Source: Octopus sinensis (lineage: Eukaryota). Taken from it: a stretch of 64,000 bases of DNA. Below, piece after piece: positions 61,412 through 64,000 of this stretch. How positions within the stretch are numbered: position 1 is the first letter of the stretch; every line of letters starts with the position of its first letter. The stretch covers positions 11,470,001 through 11,534,000 of the forward strand of contig NC_043012.1 of assembly GCF_006345805.1 (NCBI RefSeq), given 5' to 3'. The position numbers and the translations under genes were made by a program. The notes under the pieces were generated by a model that was given only the letters and a program-made list of their open reading frames with translations, was not told the DNA's origin and did not search any database.

Positions 61412-62220
61412 GAGGTCGTCTATTACTGCCTGACCGTCGTAGCTTGCTCCAGTTCACGTTTGATGAGTCTGGGGAGTCAGCTTGTTTGTTTTTTGTAGAA
61501 CGGACGCATTCCATTAGTCAAAGGTACCATTTGCTGTGGATACCTGCTGCGTGAAGAACTGAGCATACACAGGCAAAAGCTGAGATGGCTAAAACTCCAG
61601 TATTTCCTTGACGGCAGACAGATGTGGCTGCCTATTTATCAGACACATTTTCCTCCAGATCATCTTTTTCACAGAGCTGCAGTCTTGGGTCAAGCGAATA
61701 CCAGAATAAGGCACTTGACATCTAAAATGTCAAGCACTCACTGACCGTCTAACGAGTAGGAAATGCCGTAAATGGAGATCCCACGTTGGATAAGTGGCGA
61801 GCAAAAGTGGCAATGCTCTTGGGGGAAAACCTAGATGTCGATGTTTCAGAGGACTTTCGGGCGAGGTCTAGTCGGGTTACCGAGGAGCAATGCCGGTTCG
61901 AAATAAACTAAGCAGACAGTTTTTTTTATCTGTTTGGTGGCCAAGCGAAAGAGTTTGCGTGATGGATGTGACTTAAAGGCCTGAAAAGAGACACCTTCTT
62001 CTTTGGCAAACCCTCACCAACTTTTTCAAGCTTGTCTCTAAAGAAAAATTGAACGTGAAGAGGAAAGTGCTGCCTTCCAGCAATTTACTCAAAAAGTGGA
62101 TGAGAGGGCAAGCAAGGTCCGAGCAAATGAGTCTGTTCTGAACATGCGCCTGCAGGTCGGAGGAGAGAAGGGAGAGGATGTTTGCTTGAGTGCCTTCAAG
62201 AGTAGCCTTGGGAGGTCTCA
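61412..62220 (+). pseudogene. Decayed L1/Tx1-like LINE 3' ORF fragment
   Basis: VVYYCLTVVAC...FL*NGRIPLVKGTIC...LRWLKLQYFLDG resembles the Tx1 post-RT YRL...FLW.G..P.V...IC region. Confidence 0.55.
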
Positions 62221-62899
62221 CTCTTTTGGGTAGTTTTTCTTTGAATTGTATTTTTTGTTTTTCATTTTGTTATTCCCACTGTTTAATCCTGCACTATGTA
62301 ATCCAATACCGTCCTCGATTCTTATGACGGTCCTTGAGATTAATAAAGAAAACATTGTTGAGTGAGGGAGAGCATCGCATACCATCAAAGTGACACTGGA
62401 GTACAAATATACAAAGCCCAATATATCGATCATGACTACCTGTCTGATAAGGGTACACTAGGTAGATGCATCACAGCTACATGTGCACGGCATGGAGATC
62501 TTATTTCAAGATAAAGAGCGCATGACCCTGTAGATGGGGCCCAGTTAGAATTTTCCTCCCGCTCAAAATGTCCCTGATTATGGTTTGTTTAAGGATGATG
62601 AATGAAACACCCATGTTTCCAGGAGTGAATTATTCAAAATCCCAAAGAATCTCTCAACGTATAGGTATGGTGCTCCCTCACTACTACAGCTCATGATTAG
62701 AGCTGCACATATCGTCAGCCACTAAGGGACATGCTCAATTGATTAAGGTCAAGCAACTGACAGGCAAATCTGTGGTGTTGAGCAGAATATTTGCTGCAGC
62801 CCGTCTTTTACACCTTGACAAAACATGTTCATGATAATACTTCCAGTCAGTTAAGATCAGGAGCCGTGAGAGTCAGTATCTGGTTTTGCATCAGAGCAT

Positions 62900-62913
62900 C
62901 AACATCATCATGG

Positions 62914-62946
<33 letters not shown>

Positions 62947-62965
62947 CCACCACCACCACCATCAC

Positions 62966-63000
<35 letters not shown>

Positions 63001-63005
63001 CCACC

Positions 63006-63061
<56 letters not shown>

Positions 63062-63097
63062 TATCATCATCATCACCACCACCACCATCCCCATCCC

Positions 63098-63138
<41 letters not shown>

Positions 63139-63140
63139 GT
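62900..63140. repeat. (CAT/CAC)n microsatellite
   Basis: Direct reading. Confidence 0.97.
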
Positions 63141-63942
63141 GATGCCGCTCTAATTGATTGATTGCTTTCTCAACGAATGTCTGTATCGGAGCTCCGAGAA
63201 AAATAATTATTATTCAGATTACCTTATGGAAAAAAAAAGCAAGTTTATCTTTTCTTGTCGCAGTCTTGTGAACAGAAGGATTTTAGATTGTTCATCCTTT
63301 GACATATTTTAATCGCCGGTATATTTTTTGACAAACAGGCACTAGATTGTTATTCATGGTTTAAAATAGTCTTGGGAGAAGGAGGAGATTTCAGCATAGT
63401 ATTGGTAGCAGTGCCTCAATAACGAAAACAAGCACTCCCCCAAATTATTTTCAAATACGAAAATAGATTTGGGAAAGAAAAAAAAAAAAACTCAGACAAA
63501 GTAATCACTGAAACAGTTTTAACCTTAGTCACTTGCATTTGCACAACAAAAATTAAGTTTTGGAAACATGAATTCGAAGAGAAGGAAGACAAAGTGCGAA
63601 ACAGTGACGCACCACTTCCACTACCACAACCACCACTAACAACTACAACAACAGCAACAAGTGGAGGCGCAATGGCCCAATGGTTAGGGCAGCGGATTCG
63701 CGGTCGTAAGAATGCGATTTCGATTCCGAGAATCGAATTAAATGGGGAGATAAACTCAAGTATCAGGAATTCTTCGAATGTTGTAAGCTATTAAGAAAAA
63801 ACGAAACAAAACAAAACAAAAATCAAACACACAAAAAAGAAAGCACTTTTTTTGTTTTTGACGATGAGAGGGCAGCTGTCAAGTGTCCTGTCTCCAGCAG
63901 ACGTGAAACTAAAACATAACCGAAAAAGAGTAATTATATATA

Positions 63943-63992
<50 letters not shown>

Positions 63993-64000
63993 TATATATA

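Noticed and set aside
62791-63161. Poly-Ser/Pro, poly-Ile and poly-Met ORFs
   Set aside because: (CAT/CAC)n microsatellite
1-64000. CRISPR arrays, operons or prokaryotic defence systems
   Set aside because: Sequence is intron-rich eukaryotic DNA; no regularly spaced direct repeats with unique spacers

Overview
Eukaryotic, AT-rich, repeat-dense genomic DNA. The SINE, Penelope and microsatellite content resembles coleoid cephalopod (Octopus-like) DNA; this is an inference. Two spliced + strand genes were reconstructed exon by exon with consistent GT-AG phases. (1) DIS3L (DIS3-like exonuclease 1): 19 coding exons at 894-25156 give 874 aa; the N-terminal PIN exons lie upstream of the window and the RNB catalytic motif [10 protein letters not shown] is intact. 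(2) AGGF1: 13 coding exons at 32777-54129 give about 703 aa (coiled coil, OCRE, FHA, G-patch). Introns and intergenic DNA hold several tRNA-derived SINE families, RTE/CR1/Tx1 LINE fragments, mariner and maT remnants, two MITEs, a 1.1-kb solo LTR and long microsatellites. The most notable signals are: (a) several unrelated Penelope-like palindromic elements carrying minimal hammerhead-ribozyme motifs, with the ribozyme arm downstream of its own antisense copy; (b) an AGGF1 FHA domain lacking the canonical phosphothreonine-binding residues; (c) a candidate unannotated two-exon start of a minus-strand gene at 57.6-57.85 kb. No CRISPR array, rRNA or convincing genuine tRNA gene was seen. Repeat boundaries are approximate and were read by eye.
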